Counted from the stretch's first letter, positions 46,979 to 55,988 are shown. The stretch: DNA of 64,000 nt from an uncultured Solirubrobacterales bacterium (GCA_963804595.1 CAWDQZ010000009.1:312248-376247); one strand, 5' to 3'. The notes: generated by a model from the sequence alone, not told the origin. Numbers and translations are program-made.

Positions 46979-48439
46979 ATGAGACCGGCCTGGCTCCGCC
47001 TCAACACCCTCCGCAACCGACTCGTCGTCCTGATCACGCTGATCACGGCGGGGGCGATCGCGTTCGTCTACCTCTACGTCGTGCCACAGCTCGAATCGAG
47101 CCTGACCGCTGAGAAGCTACGGCGGCTCGAGCGGCTCGGCACAGAGCAGTCCCCCAGGCTCGCCCGGGCGCTCGAGTCGGGGGCACCACAGGCCCAGATC
47201 TCCGAGCTCGTTCGCTCGACGGCGCAGGGGACCGAGAGCCGGGTGACCCTCCTCGCCGTCCGGGACGGGCCGGGCGGCCCGGTTCCCACGTTCGTCGTCA
47301 CCGACTCGCAGTCCGAAGCGACGGCTCTTCAGGGCCGCTACCTGACGGCGGAGGCGGCGATCTCCGACGGGCAGATAGCGACCGGCGTGGAGCGCGTCGC
47401 GGGAACGCGGGTCGGGACCTCCGCCGTCCCGATCCGGTTCGGCGACCAAACGCGGTGGGTGGAGGTCTTCTCCACCCGGCTCGCGGAGGTGAACGACGAC
47501 GTGGCGTTGGTGCGCCGCCAGATCCTGATCGCGGGGCTGATCGCACTGGTCACCGCCTCGCTGATCGGGTTCTGGGCGTCGGGGGCGGTCTCTCGCCGGC
47601 TGCGGCGGATGCGGCGCGCGGCCGAGGCGGTCGCCGAAGGGCACTTCGACCAGCCGATTCCCGTCGACTCCTCGGATGAGCTCGGCCAGCTGGCGCGCAG
47701 CTTCAACGAGATGCAGCGTCGCCTCGCGCGACTCGACAGCTCCCGCAAGGAGTTCATCGCCAACGCCTCGCATGAGCTGCGGACCCCGATCTTCTCCCTC
47801 GGCGGCTTCCTCGAGCTGCTCGAGACGGAGCAGCTCACGGCGGCAGAGCGCCGGGCCTTCGTCTCCGAGATCAGGGCCCAGGTCGAGCGGCTCCAGAAGC
47901 TGACCATCGACCTGCTCGACCTCTCGCGCCTGGACGCCGACGTGATGGAGATCAAGCGGGAACAGGTCGACCTCAAGGATGCGGCGCGCGTCGTCGCCGA
48001 CGAGTTCCGTCCCGAGGCCAGACGGCACGAGTCCTCGCTGCAGGTGCGCGGGCGGGGACAGGTGGTCGCTCTCGCGGACCTAAACCGAGTCTCACAAATC
48101 ATTCGTATCCTGGTCGACAATGCGCTCACGCACACCCCGCAGGGGACGAACGTAACCGTGACCGCCGTGCGCGGGACGAACGCGGCGGAGCTGATCGTCG
48201 GGGACGACGCGAAGAAGGGGATCGACCCCCGCGCGATCCCGAAGGTCTTCGATCGCTTCTACACCGGCGACACCGCTTCCGGGTCCGGGCTGGGCCTGGC
48301 GATCGCCGAGGAGCTCGCGCATCGCATGGGCGGGCAGATCGCCGTGGTCTCCCGCCGCGGGCACACCGCCTTCACGCTCAGGCTGCCGGTGGCCGGCGGG
48401 CGTCGGCGACAGCGCGAGCCGGCCGGGATCGCGGCATGA
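46979..48439 (+). CDS. Sensor histidine kinase (two TM helices, HAMP, HisKA, HATPase_c)
   Basis: The H-box is FIANASHELRTP, the N-box is VDNALTHT, and the G-boxes are DRFYTGD..GSGLGLAI. Confidence 0.85.
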   Translation: MRPAWLRLNTLRNRLVVLITLITAGAIAFVYLYVVPQLESSLTAEKLRRLERLGTEQSPRLARALESGAPQAQISELVRSTAQGTESRVTLLAVRDGPGGPVPTFVVTDSQSEATALQGRYLTAEAAISDGQIATGVERVAGTRVGTSAVPIRFGDQTRWVEVFSTRLAEVNDDVALVRRQILIAGLIALVTASLIGFWASGAVSRRLRRMRRAAEAVAEGHFDQPIPVDSSDELGQLARSFNEMQRRLARLDSSRKEFIANASHELRTPIFSLGGFLELLETEQLTAAERRAFVSEIRAQVERLQKLTIDLLDLSRLDADVMEIKREQVDLKDAARVVADEFRPEARRHESSLQVRGRGQVVALADLNRVSQIIRILVDNALTHTPQGTNVTVTAVRGTNAAELIVGDDAKKGIDPRAIPKVFDRFYTGDTASGSGLGLAIAEELAHRMGGQIAVVSRRGHTAFTLRLPVAGGRRRQREPAGIAA

Positions 48440-49635
48440 GGGCAGGAAGGGCGCGCCACGGGCGCGCCCTCTTCAGCTGGATTGCGGTCATCGTGGTGAC
48501 GGGCCTGATCGCCGGCTGCGGCGGCGGCGGGGACGACTCGAGCAGTTCGGCCGCCTCAACGCCTCAGACCCAGACGCAGGTCGTGATCCAGGCCAGCGGT
48601 GGCAGCTTCAACCCCGCCCAGATCTACAAGGACGTCTCGCCGGGGGTCGTGACGATCGACTCGGTCTTCGAGGGCAGCACGAGCGACGTGCTCGGGGGCG
48701 GCGGCTCCGCAGGCCAGGGATCCGGATTCGTGGTGGACAAGGACGGCGACATCGTCACAAACGCCCACGTGGTCACCAGCGGCGGCCACCTGAACGGCGG
48801 TGGGACGCCGCACGAGGCCAAGCAGGTCTTCGTGGAGTTCGGAGACCGCAACCGAGTCCCGGCCGAGATCAAGGGCTTCGACGCGGACGCCGACGTGGCG
48901 CTGATCAAGGTCGATCCTGACGGTCTCGACCTGCAGCCCGTAGACCTCTCGGATCGCTCGAGCTTCACGGTAGGCGAGCCGGTGGCCGCGATCGGCAGCC
49001 CGTTCGGCGAGGACCAGTCGCTCTCGATCGGCGTGATCTCGGCAACGAACCGGACGGTCGAGGGGCTCACCAACTTCGGCATCGACAATGCAATCCAGAC
49101 CGACGCCTCGATCAACCCGGGCAACTCGGGCGGCCCGCTGCTCGACGCCAAGGGCGAGGTCATCGGCATCAACGAGCAGATCGCGTCCAGCTCCGGCAGC
49201 AACTCCGGCGTCGGCTTCGCGATCCCGGTGACCTCGGTCCGGTACTCCCTCGACCAGCTCCGGGCCGACGGCAAGGTGGAGTATGCGTACCTGGGCGTAA
49301 CCAGCGAGTCGCTGTATCCGCAGCTGGCCGATCATCTCAACCTCGACACCGACGCGGGCGCTCTGATCACCGACGTCGTCAACGGCAGCCCCGCCGACAA
49401 CGCGGGCCTGAAGGGCTCGACCGGTGAGGACACCTTCCAGCTCCAGCAGGTGAAGACCGGGGGCGACGTCGTGCTCGCGGTCGACGGCAAGCCGGTGCTC
49501 GAGAACAACGACCTCTCGAAGCTGGTCGCCGCCCACAGGCCGGGGGACAAGGTGACGCTCCAGATCCTCCGCGACGGCAACAAGCAGGACGTAGAGGTCA
49601 CGCTGGGCTCGCGGCCGGCGGACGTAAACCAGTAG
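48436..49635 (+). CDS. HtrA/DegP-family serine protease with a PDZ domain (PepD-like)
   Basis: ATGA overlap with the kinase gene. The catalytic residues are in TNAHVV, DVALIK and GNSGGPLLD. A C-terminal PDZ domain is present. Confidence 0.9.
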   Translation: MRAGRARHGRALFSWIAVIVVTGLIAGCGGGGDDSSSSAASTPQTQTQVVIQASGGSFNPAQIYKDVSPGVVTIDSVFEGSTSDVLGGGGSAGQGSGFVVDKDGDIVTNAHVVTSGGHLNGGGTPHEAKQVFVEFGDRNRVPAEIKGFDADADVALIKVDPDGLDLQPVDLSDRSSFTVGEPVAAIGSPFGEDQSLSIGVISATNRTVEGLTNFGIDNAIQTDASINPGNSGGPLLDAKGEVIGINEQIASSSGSNSGVGFAIPVTSVRYSLDQLRADGKVEYAYLGVTSESLYPQLADHLNLDTDAGALITDVVNGSPADNAGLKGSTGEDTFQLQQVKTGGDVVLAVDGKPVLENNDLSKLVAAHRPGDKVTLQILRDGNKQDVEVTLGSRPADVNQ

Positions 49636-49666
49636 CGGCTGCCAGGCCGCACCACTTCGGAGCGAA

Positions 49667-49714
49667 GGGGCAAAGCCCGTTTGATGCGAGGGTGCTCCGG
49701 AGGAGCAACCCGTT
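49667..49714. repeat. Intergenic structured repeat, copy A (inverted relative to copy B at 54715-54779)
   Basis: The reverse complement shares three blocks with 54715-54779. These are a 19-nt exact block CGGAGCACCCTCGCATCAA, AACGG[G/C]TTGCTCCT and CGGGCTTTG[C/T]CCC, in the same order. Confidence 0.7.
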
Positions 49715-49749
49715 TAACTCTGGGGGCGGCCGCTTGCAGCCGCGGCTAT

Positions 49750-50685
49750 ATGGCGAAGCCGTCAATGACAAACCTCGTAGTGGACCTGGCCGCCACCCTG
49801 CGCGAGGAGGTCCTGCCGCACCTCGGGGCACACGCCGGCCGCGCCCACTCCGGCGAGGCGGAGGGCGGCGACGTCACCTTCCAGATCGACGAGCACGCCG
49901 AGGCGCGGATGGAGTCCTTCCTCGCCGAGCGGGCGCCCGAGGTCTCGTTCTTCTCCGAGGATCGAGGCATGGTCTCGCCCGCGGGCGACCGCGCCCAGTG
50001 GGTCCTGGTGGTGGACCCGATCGACGGCACCCGGCCGGCGTTGGCCGGGCTCGAGTCGTGCTGTGTCTCGGTCGCGGCGGCGCCGCTGGACGGCGAGCCC
50101 ACCATGGGGGACGTGCAGGTCGGCTGCGTGCTCGAGGTGAAGAGCGGGCACAGCTTCGTCGCGCAGCGCGGTCAGGGCCTCGAACCGGAAGCGAAGCTCT
50201 CGAACAACCGCTCGCTGGAGCGCATGTTCTGGACCTACGGCTTCCGCGGGCGCCCCGCGCGCGCCCTGATCGAGGTGATCTGCGATCTGATCGACGTCTC
50301 CTCGGTCGGCGGCGGGACCTTCGATCTCGGCTCCGCGACGTACGACATGACTCGGATCGCCACCGGCCAACTCGACGCCTACGTCGAGCCGGGGCCGCGG
50401 ATGATCGACGACGTGCCCCAGGTCCGCGCCGAGTTCGAGCGCGTCGGCGCCGGCGCGGTGCTCAACAACTCGCCCTACGACCTGGCTGCGGCGACGATCT
50501 GCCTCGAGGAGTGCGGAGCGGTGGTGACGGACGCGTACGGCGAATCCCTCGCTTCACGGCCGCTGTTGGGCTCGGATCACGAGTTTCAGATGTCGTGCGT
50601 CGCCGCGGCCAACCGGGATCTGCACTCCGCGATCTGCGCGGAGATCGACGCCGGCATCGAGCGGCTCCGCGCCACCGGCTCCTGA
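49750..50685 (+). CDS. Inositol monophosphatase / FBPase family protein
   Basis: FFSEDRG and the VVDPIDGT metal motifs are present. The start is uncertain among TTG 49681, ATG 49750 and ATG 49765. Confidence 0.75.
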   Translation: MAKPSMTNLVVDLAATLREEVLPHLGAHAGRAHSGEAEGGDVTFQIDEHAEARMESFLAERAPEVSFFSEDRGMVSPAGDRAQWVLVVDPIDGTRPALAGLESCCVSVAAAPLDGEPTMGDVQVGCVLEVKSGHSFVAQRGQGLEPEAKLSNNRSLERMFWTYGFRGRPARALIEVICDLIDVSSVGGGTFDLGSATYDMTRIATGQLDAYVEPGPRMIDDVPQVRAEFERVGAGAVLNNSPYDLAAATICLEECGAVVTDAYGESLASRPLLGSDHEFQMSCVAAANRDLHSAICAEIDAGIERLRATGS

Positions 50686-50734
50686 CGAGTACTTTTCCGC
50701 CCTTGTCCAGTAGTCGATCTCCCATGGGGGGGCC

Positions 50735-51970
50735 GTGCTCCAGGAAGTAGCGCTCGGCACCAAGTCGCTGGCCGACTACACGCACCTGGCCGGGCGCGGC
50801 CTGGTCGACGAGATCAGGGAGCTGGCGGAGAGCCTGAAGGGAAAGCGGGTGCTGCACGTCAGTGCAACCGCGTTCGGCGGCGGGGTCTCCGAGATCCTCT
50901 ACACGATCGTCCCGCTGATGCGGGACGTCGGGCTCGAGGCCTCCTGGCAGGTGATCATGGGCAGGGAGGAGTTCTTCAACGCCACCAAGCTCCTCCACAA
51001 CTCGCTGCAGGGCGATCCGAACACGCTCACCCCCAGCCAGTGGGAGTTGTTCGACCACTACAACAAGATGAACGCCGAGAGCCTGGAGGGCGAGTGGGAC
51101 GTGATCATCGTGCACGACCCGCAGCCCGTGGGGATGCGACACAACGCCACCGACCACGCCAAGAACTGGATCTGGCGCTGCCACATCGACCTCTCCGAGC
51201 CGAACCCGGAGCCGATCAACCGGCTGCTGCCGCTGATCTCGGGGTACGACGTCACGGTTTGGCACCTCGAGCAGTACGTGCCCAAGGGGCTCGACGGCCA
51301 CGGCGGCGTGCGGATCGTGCCCCCGGCGATCGACCCGCTCTCGCCGAAGAACATGGCGCTCTCTCCCGACGATGCGGCGTTCGTCTGCAATCAGTTCGGG
51401 ATCGACGTGGACCGGCCGATGATGTGCCAGGTCTCGCGCTTCGATCCGTGGAAGGACCCGATCGGCGTGATCGACGCCTATCGGGAGGTCACCAAGGAGA
51501 TCCCCGAGGTGCAGCTGGCGCTGGTGGGCTCGATGGCGACGGACGACCCGGAGGGCTGGGAGTTCTTTCACCGCACCTTCGAGTACGCCGGGTCGGACCC
51601 CGACATCAAGATTCTCAACAACCTCAACAACGTCGGTGCGATCGAGGTGAACGCGTTCCAGTCCCAGTCCGACGTCGTCCTGCAGAAGTCGATCCGCGAG
51701 GGCTTCGGGCTGACGGTGTCCGAGGCGCTCTGGAAGGGACGGCCGACCGTCGCCGGGGACGTCGGCGGGATCCCGCTGCAGATCATCGACGGCGAGGACG
51801 GCTACCTGGTCTCCTCTCCGGAGCAGGCCGCAGAGCGCTGCGTCGGGATCCTGCGGGACCACGAGCTCGGGCGGCGCCTCGGCCGGGCCGGCAAGGAGCG
51901 GACCCGGGAACGGTTCCTCTCCCCGAGGCTGCTGCTCGACTGGATGCGGATCTTCGCCTCGCTCGACTGA
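50735..51970 (+). CDS. treT: Trehalose synthase TreT (GT4 NDP-glucose:glucose glycosyltransferase)
   Basis: Similarity to archaeal TreT extends along the full length, for example AFGGGVSEILYTIVPLM, WRCHIDLSEPN, QVSRFDPWKDP, DDPEGWEFF and SIREGFGLTVSEALWKG. Confidence 0.85.
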   Translation: MLQEVALGTKSLADYTHLAGRGLVDEIRELAESLKGKRVLHVSATAFGGGVSEILYTIVPLMRDVGLEASWQVIMGREEFFNATKLLHNSLQGDPNTLTPSQWELFDHYNKMNAESLEGEWDVIIVHDPQPVGMRHNATDHAKNWIWRCHIDLSEPNPEPINRLLPLISGYDVTVWHLEQYVPKGLDGHGGVRIVPPAIDPLSPKNMALSPDDAAFVCNQFGIDVDRPMMCQVSRFDPWKDPIGVIDAYREVTKEIPEVQLALVGSMATDDPEGWEFFHRTFEYAGSDPDIKILNNLNNVGAIEVNAFQSQSDVVLQKSIREGFGLTVSEALWKGRPTVAGDVGGIPLQIIDGEDGYLVSSPEQAAERCVGILRDHELGRRLGRAGKERTRERFLSPRLLLDWMRIFASLD

Positions 51971-51983
51971 CCGGGCTGCCGCG

Positions 51984-52319
51984 GTGACCGAGATCACCTG
52001 GGAGCAGTTCGAGGCGGTCGACATGCGCGTCGGCCGCGTGGTTGGAGTAGAGGAGTTCCCCGAGGCCCGGGTGCCGGCCTGGAAGCTGGAGATCGACTTC
52101 GGCCCCGAGATCGGCCGCAGGCGCGCCTCGGCCCAGATCACCCACTACGCGCAGGAGGACCTCGAGGGGCGGCTCGTGGTGGGCGTCGTCAACTTCCCGC
52201 CGAAGCGGATCGGGCCTTTCCTCTCCGAGGTGCTCGTCCTGGGCGCGCTCGACGAGGCCAAGGGAGTGGTCCTGCTTCGCCCGGACGATGACGTCGCGCC
52301 GGGTGATCGGATCGCCTGA
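51984..52319 (+). CDS. csaA: tRNA-binding domain protein (CsaA/YgjH type)
   Basis: GTG start. FEAVDMRVGRVV..AWKLEIDFG..LVVGVVNFPPKRIGPFLSEVLVLG is present. Confidence 0.8.
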   Translation: MTEITWEQFEAVDMRVGRVVGVEEFPEARVPAWKLEIDFGPEIGRRRASAQITHYAQEDLEGRLVVGVVNFPPKRIGPFLSEVLVLGALDEAKGVVLLRPDDDVAPGDRIA

Positions 52320-52358
52320 GCGCCTGGCGTCATTAGCTCAGCCTGGTACAAACGGGAT

Positions 52359-53825
52359 GTGGCCGAGCACCCACTGACGATCGTCTCGAACCGCGGCCCG
52401 GCGGAGTTCGGCCGGGACGAGACCGGTCAGCGGGTGGTGCATCGCGGCGGCGGCGGGCTGGTGACGGCGCTCTCCGGGCTCGTCTCACACCGAAAGGCGC
52501 TCTGGATCGCGTCGGCGATGACGGAGGAGGACGTCGTGGTCGCGAACGAGAGCGAGGGGCCGGTTGAGATCGAGGTCGACGGAATCGACTACGACGTGCA
52601 GATGGTCGCCTCGAACCCCTCCGCCTACGACCGCTTCTACAACGTGATCGCCAACCCGATCCTGTGGTTCATCCAGCACTACCTCTGGGACCTCTCCAAC
52701 GCGCCGGACATCCGGCAGGCCGAGGTCGACGCCTGGGAGGAGGGCTACAAGGTCGTGAACGACGACATCGCCGATTGCGTGATCCGGGCGATCGAGGGCC
52801 AGGAGGAGCCGGTGGTGATGCTCCACGACTACCACCTCTACACCTGTCCCGGGCTGATCCGAGAGGCGAGACCCGACGCCTTCCTCCACTACTTCGTGCA
52901 CATCCCCTGGTCGCAGCCGGATTCCTGGCGGATCCTTCCCAACCGCTGGCGGGAGGCGATCTACCAGAGCATGCTGGCCAACGACATCATCGGCTTCCAC
53001 ACGACTGCCTACTGTCGCAACTTCCTGCAGTGCTGCCGGGAGCTGATGGAGCTCGAGGTCGACTTCGAGCGCAATTCGGTGATCCACGAGGGACGCGAGG
53101 TCTGGGTGCGGGCCTACCCGCTGTCGATCGACACGGAGCGGCTCTACCGCGTCGCGCAGTCCTCGGACGTCGAGTTCTACGAGAAGGAGGTGCTGCGCCG
53201 CCGCCGCGACCACCTGATCCTGCGGGTGGACCGGGCGGACCTCTCGAAGAACGTGCTGCGCGGGTTCACGGCGTTCGACGTCTTCCTCGAGCAGCATCCG
53301 GAGTTCCGGGAGAAGGTCACCTTCATCGCACACCTGCAGCCCTCGCGTCAGGACGTGCCCGAGTACGCGGAATACCTGGAGCGCATCGAGGCGTTGGTCG
53401 CCGTCGTCAACCACCGGCACGGGACCACCGACTGGATGCCGATCGACCTCCGCATCTACGAGAACTTCCACGAGGCCGTGGCGCGCTACAAGCAGTTCGA
53501 CCTGCTCATGGTCAACTCGCTGTTCGACGGGATGAACCTGGTCGCCAAGGAGGCGCCGACGGTCAACACCCGCGACGGCGTCGTGATGCTCTCGGAGAAC
53601 ACCGGTGCGCACGAGGAGCTCGGGGACTGCACGCTGTCGGTGAACCCGTTCGACATCCAGGAGCAGGCCGACACGATCTATCGCGCTCTGACCATGGAGC
53701 CGGAGGAGCGGACCCTGCGCGCCAAGCGGCTCAAGGAGATCATCACCGAGCGGGATCCCGGCGATTGGGTCGACGAGCAGATGGACGACATCCGCCTCAA
53801 GCGCTCGCCCGCGGAGGTGCGCTAG
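52359..53825 (+). CDS. otsA: Alpha,alpha-trehalose-phosphate synthase (GT20)
   Basis: GTG start. The motifs IVSNRGP, LHDYHL, RVDRADLSKN and DGMNLVAKE are present. Confidence 0.85.
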   Translation: MAEHPLTIVSNRGPAEFGRDETGQRVVHRGGGGLVTALSGLVSHRKALWIASAMTEEDVVVANESEGPVEIEVDGIDYDVQMVASNPSAYDRFYNVIANPILWFIQHYLWDLSNAPDIRQAEVDAWEEGYKVVNDDIADCVIRAIEGQEEPVVMLHDYHLYTCPGLIREARPDAFLHYFVHIPWSQPDSWRILPNRWREAIYQSMLANDIIGFHTTAYCRNFLQCCRELMELEVDFERNSVIHEGREVWVRAYPLSIDTERLYRVAQSSDVEFYEKEVLRRRRDHLILRVDRADLSKNVLRGFTAFDVFLEQHPEFREKVTFIAHLQPSRQDVPEYAEYLERIEALVAVVNHRHGTTDWMPIDLRIYENFHEAVARYKQFDLLMVNSLFDGMNLVAKEAPTVNTRDGVVMLSENTGAHEELGDCTLSVNPFDIQEQADTIYRALTMEPEERTLRAKRLKEIITERDPGDWVDEQMDDIRLKRSPAEVR

Positions 53826-54247
53826 CGCTCGATGCGGAACTCGCCCGGTGAGGGCGGTGGGACGTAGGAGTAGGCGGGTGGTGAGTAGGCCGCAGGAGCA
53901 GGCGGCGGCGCTGGCGCCGGGTGGCGCTCGACGCGACGGTGCGTCTGGGGCCACCGGCGGCCGGGGCGCCGGCGCCTCTCGGCTGCGTGGCGGTGCCGAG
54001 ATCCGTGCCGCCGTCGGTCACGCTCGACCAACCGTCGCCTAGGCCGTTTGGACGCCGAGCGTGGGGGAACTGCGACGGGCGCCGGTTCGGCACTCACGGG
54101 CGGTGGCGCCAGGCCGACATCCGGCGGCACCGGCGGCGGCCTGTCGCTACCGAGCAGCGCGGGCAGGGAGACGATGCCCGCGATCGCCGCGGCGACGACC
54201 GCGGTGGCGCGGCCCACGCTCCGCCATCTGATCTGCACTCGAGGCAC
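53822..54247 (-). CDS. Hypothetical Pro/Arg-rich membrane-anchored protein
   Basis: It is the only plausible ORF in the 486-nt otsA-rpsF spacer. It has an N-terminal TM (ATAVVAAAIAGIVSLPALL) and high GC3 in the first half, but the composition is low-complexity. Confidence 0.3.
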   Translation of the reverse strand: MPRVQIRWRSVGRATAVVAAAIAGIVSLPALLGSDRPPPVPPDVGLAPPPVSAEPAPVAVPPRSASKRPRRRLVERDRRRHGSRHRHAAERRRRPGRRWPQTHRRVERHPAPAPPPAPAAYSPPAYSYVPPPSPGEFRIER

Positions 54248-54311
54248 ATCCCGGTGAGCGGTCTGATCGGCGTCCTCTCCCCTCGCCCATCCCCTATAGT
54301 CGCGCGTCGCT

Positions 54312-54710
54312 GTGAACCGGCACTACGAACTCGTACTGATGCTCGACCCCGAGGCCGCCGACGAGGCGCGCGAGAAGGTCGCGGGCGACGTGCGCCAGCG
54401 GATCGAGGGCGCGGGCACGCTCGACCGGGCGGACGTCTGGGGGATGCGCAAGATGGCCTACGAGATCCGCCAGCGGAACGAGGCGGACTACCGCTACTAC
54501 CGCTTCCAGGGCGAGCCCGACCTGCTCGAGCAGCTCGACCACAGCCTGAAGATCACCGATGGCGTGCTGCGCTTCCGCATCTTCAAGGTCGACCCAGACG
54601 CGCCGAGCAACCCGCCGCCGACCTCCGACCGCCCGGCGCAGGTCGGCGACGGACGCGGTGACCGCGACGATCGGCCGCGCCGCGGGCGTCGCGACGACCG
54701 CGACGACTGA
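54312..54710 (+). CDS. rpsF: 30S ribosomal protein S6
   Basis: GTG start. YELVLMLDP..WGMRKMAYEI..YYRF is present, with a basic/acidic C-terminal tail. Confidence 0.9.
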   Translation: MNRHYELVLMLDPEAADEAREKVAGDVRQRIEGAGTLDRADVWGMRKMAYEIRQRNEADYRYYRFQGEPDLLEQLDHSLKITDGVLRFRIFKVDPDAPSNPPPTSDRPAQVGDGRGDRDDRPRRGRRDDRDD

Positions 54711-54714
54711 ACTG

Positions 54715-54779
54715 AACGGCTTGCTCCTCGCTTCGCGTCGGAGCACCCTCGCATCAACGCACTTTCCGGGCTTTGTCCC
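54715..54779. repeat. Intergenic structured repeat, copy B
   Basis: See copy A. Relative to A it carries 9-nt and 8-nt insertions. The first falls in the loop of the hairpin GCTCC..GGAGC and extends that hairpin (CGC-TTC-GCG). Confidence 0.7.
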
Positions 54780-54857
54780 GTGTGAGGGGAGAGGGCAGCC
54801 GGGCGGCTGCTTAGTATCGATGTTCGGAATCGAAGAGATAGAAGAGGAGCTGATCAC

Positions 54858-55328
54858 GTGGCAGCAAGCAACATCAACTCGGTCGTCATCACCGGGAACC
54901 TGACCAAGGACCCCGAGCTGCGCTCGACACCGGCCGGGACCGCCGTCTGCAAGCTGCGAGTGGCCGTCAACAGCCGCCGCAAGGACGGTCAGAGCGGCGA
55001 GTGGGTCGACAAGCCCAACTACTTCGATGTCACCGTCTGGGGTGCGCAGGGCGAGAATTGCGCCCAGTACCTCTCAAAGGGACGCCCGGTCGCCGTGCAG
55101 GGCCGCCTGGACTGGCGTGAATGGGAGTCTCAGGACGGCGGCAAGCGGCAGGCCGTCGAGATCATCGCCGAGAGCGTCCAGTTCCTCGGCTCGCGCTCGG
55201 ACAACCCGGGTGGCGGCGGAGGCAACGGCTTCCAGCCGCAGTCGGACGTGCCCGCCGACACCTCGGACTTCGAGGGCGCCGGCGTCGGCTCGAGCGGCAG
55301 CAACGCGGACGACGACATACCCTTCTAG
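54858..55328 (+). CDS. ssb: Single-stranded DNA-binding protein
   Basis: GTG is preceded by GAGGAG. The OB fold reads NSVVITGNLTKDPELR..WVDKPNYFDVTVWG, and the acidic tip reads DDDIPF. Confidence 0.9.
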   Translation: MAASNINSVVITGNLTKDPELRSTPAGTAVCKLRVAVNSRRKDGQSGEWVDKPNYFDVTVWGAQGENCAQYLSKGRPVAVQGRLDWREWESQDGGKRQAVEIIAESVQFLGSRSDNPGGGGGNGFQPQSDVPADTSDFEGAGVGSSGSNADDDIPF

Positions 55329-55336
55329 GGACGCTC

Positions 55337-55681
55337 CTACGGATAGACGCTTGCGAGGTCGTCGCCGATCGTGATGACCTCGTCGAGCCTGGTGCGATCG
55401 AACGCCTGGCGCACGCCAGCCGGCGGACGGACGATCGCAAATCGCCGGCCGGCCTCCAGAGCCCGGACATGAGCCGCGGCCACCGCGGCCATGCCGCTCG
55501 AGTCCATGAAGGCCAGTCGGCTCAGGTCGATGACGAGCAGCTCGGGCTCCGCTGACTCGATTCGCGCCAGCACCTCGGTCACCTGATCGACGACCTGGAG
55601 GTCGAGATCGCCTCGAATCCTGACCAGCGCGCTGGTCCCTTCGGTCTCCGTCTCGAGCTCGAAGTTGAGCATCAGGCGCAT
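55337..55681 (-). CDS. STAS-domain anti-sigma-factor antagonist (SpoIIAA/RsbV-like)
   Basis: VIDLSRLAFMDSSGMAAV contains the phosphorylatable Ser motif DSSG. The protein is 114 aa. Confidence 0.85.
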   Translation of the reverse strand: MRLMLNFELETETEGTSALVRIRGDLDLQVVDQVTEVLARIESAEPELLVIDLSRLAFMDSSGMAAVAAAHVRALEAGRRFAIVRPPAGVRQAFDRTRLDEVITIGDDLASVYP

Positions 55682-55714
55682 TAAAACCGACCATCGCTAC
55701 CATTCGCGCCCCTC

Positions 55715-55984
55715 ATGGCACGACAGCAACGACAGACCCAGTCGACCGGCGGCCGCAGGCGCCGCGGCCTGAGCGACCGCGGACGGCCGCGCAAGTACAC
55801 GCGGATCAACGCCGAGACGATCGACTACAAGGACTTGAACCTGCTGCGGCGATTCCTCTCGGACCGCGGCAAGACGCGTTCCCGGCGCGTCACCGGGCTC
55901 TCGAGGAAGCATCAGCAGCAACTCGCCCTGGCGGTGAAGCGAGCCCGCGAGCTCGCCCTGCTGCCGTACGTCGGCGAGCGCTAG
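55715..55984 (+). CDS. rpsR: 30S ribosomal protein S18
   Basis: [50 protein letters not shown]. Confidence 0.9.
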   Translation: MARQQRQTQSTGGRRRRGLSDRGRPRKYTRINAETIDYKDLNLLRRFLSDRGKTRSRRVTGLSRKHQQQLALAVKRARELALLPYVGER

Positions 55985-55988
55985 GTGC

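Noticed and set aside
46246-49635. The response regulator, histidine kinase and HtrA protease trio as a novel system.
   Set aside because: This is the well-known MprA/MprB/PepD (CssRS-HtrA-like) envelope-stress arrangement, so it is an ordinary conserved module.
49655-49712. The GCGAAGGGGCAA and CCGGAGGAGCAA motifs are reminiscent of the glycine-riboswitch core (ACCGAAGGGGCAA / CCGAAGGAGCAA).
   Set aside because: The two motifs are only ~35 nt apart, and the P1/P3 elements and the CTCTGGAGAG motif are missing. The same sequence recurs inverted at 54715-54779 in an unrelated context, which fits a repeat element better.
52327-52350. A tRNA-like stretch, GGCGTCATTAGCTCAGCCTGGTACA, just after the tRNA-binding-protein gene csaA. 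It resembles an acceptor 5' arm plus a D arm.
   Set aside because: Only ~25 nt resemble a tRNA. There is no anticodon arm, T arm or matching 3' acceptor. Integrase att relics duplicate tRNA 3' ends rather than 5' ends, so this is probably chance.
53921-54661. The plus-strand ORF 53921-54661 spanning the otsA-rpsF spacer and running into rpsF.
   Set aside because: It is an Arg/Gly/Pro-rich artefact that overlaps rpsF out of frame. The minus-strand 53822-54247 ORF is retained only at low confidence.
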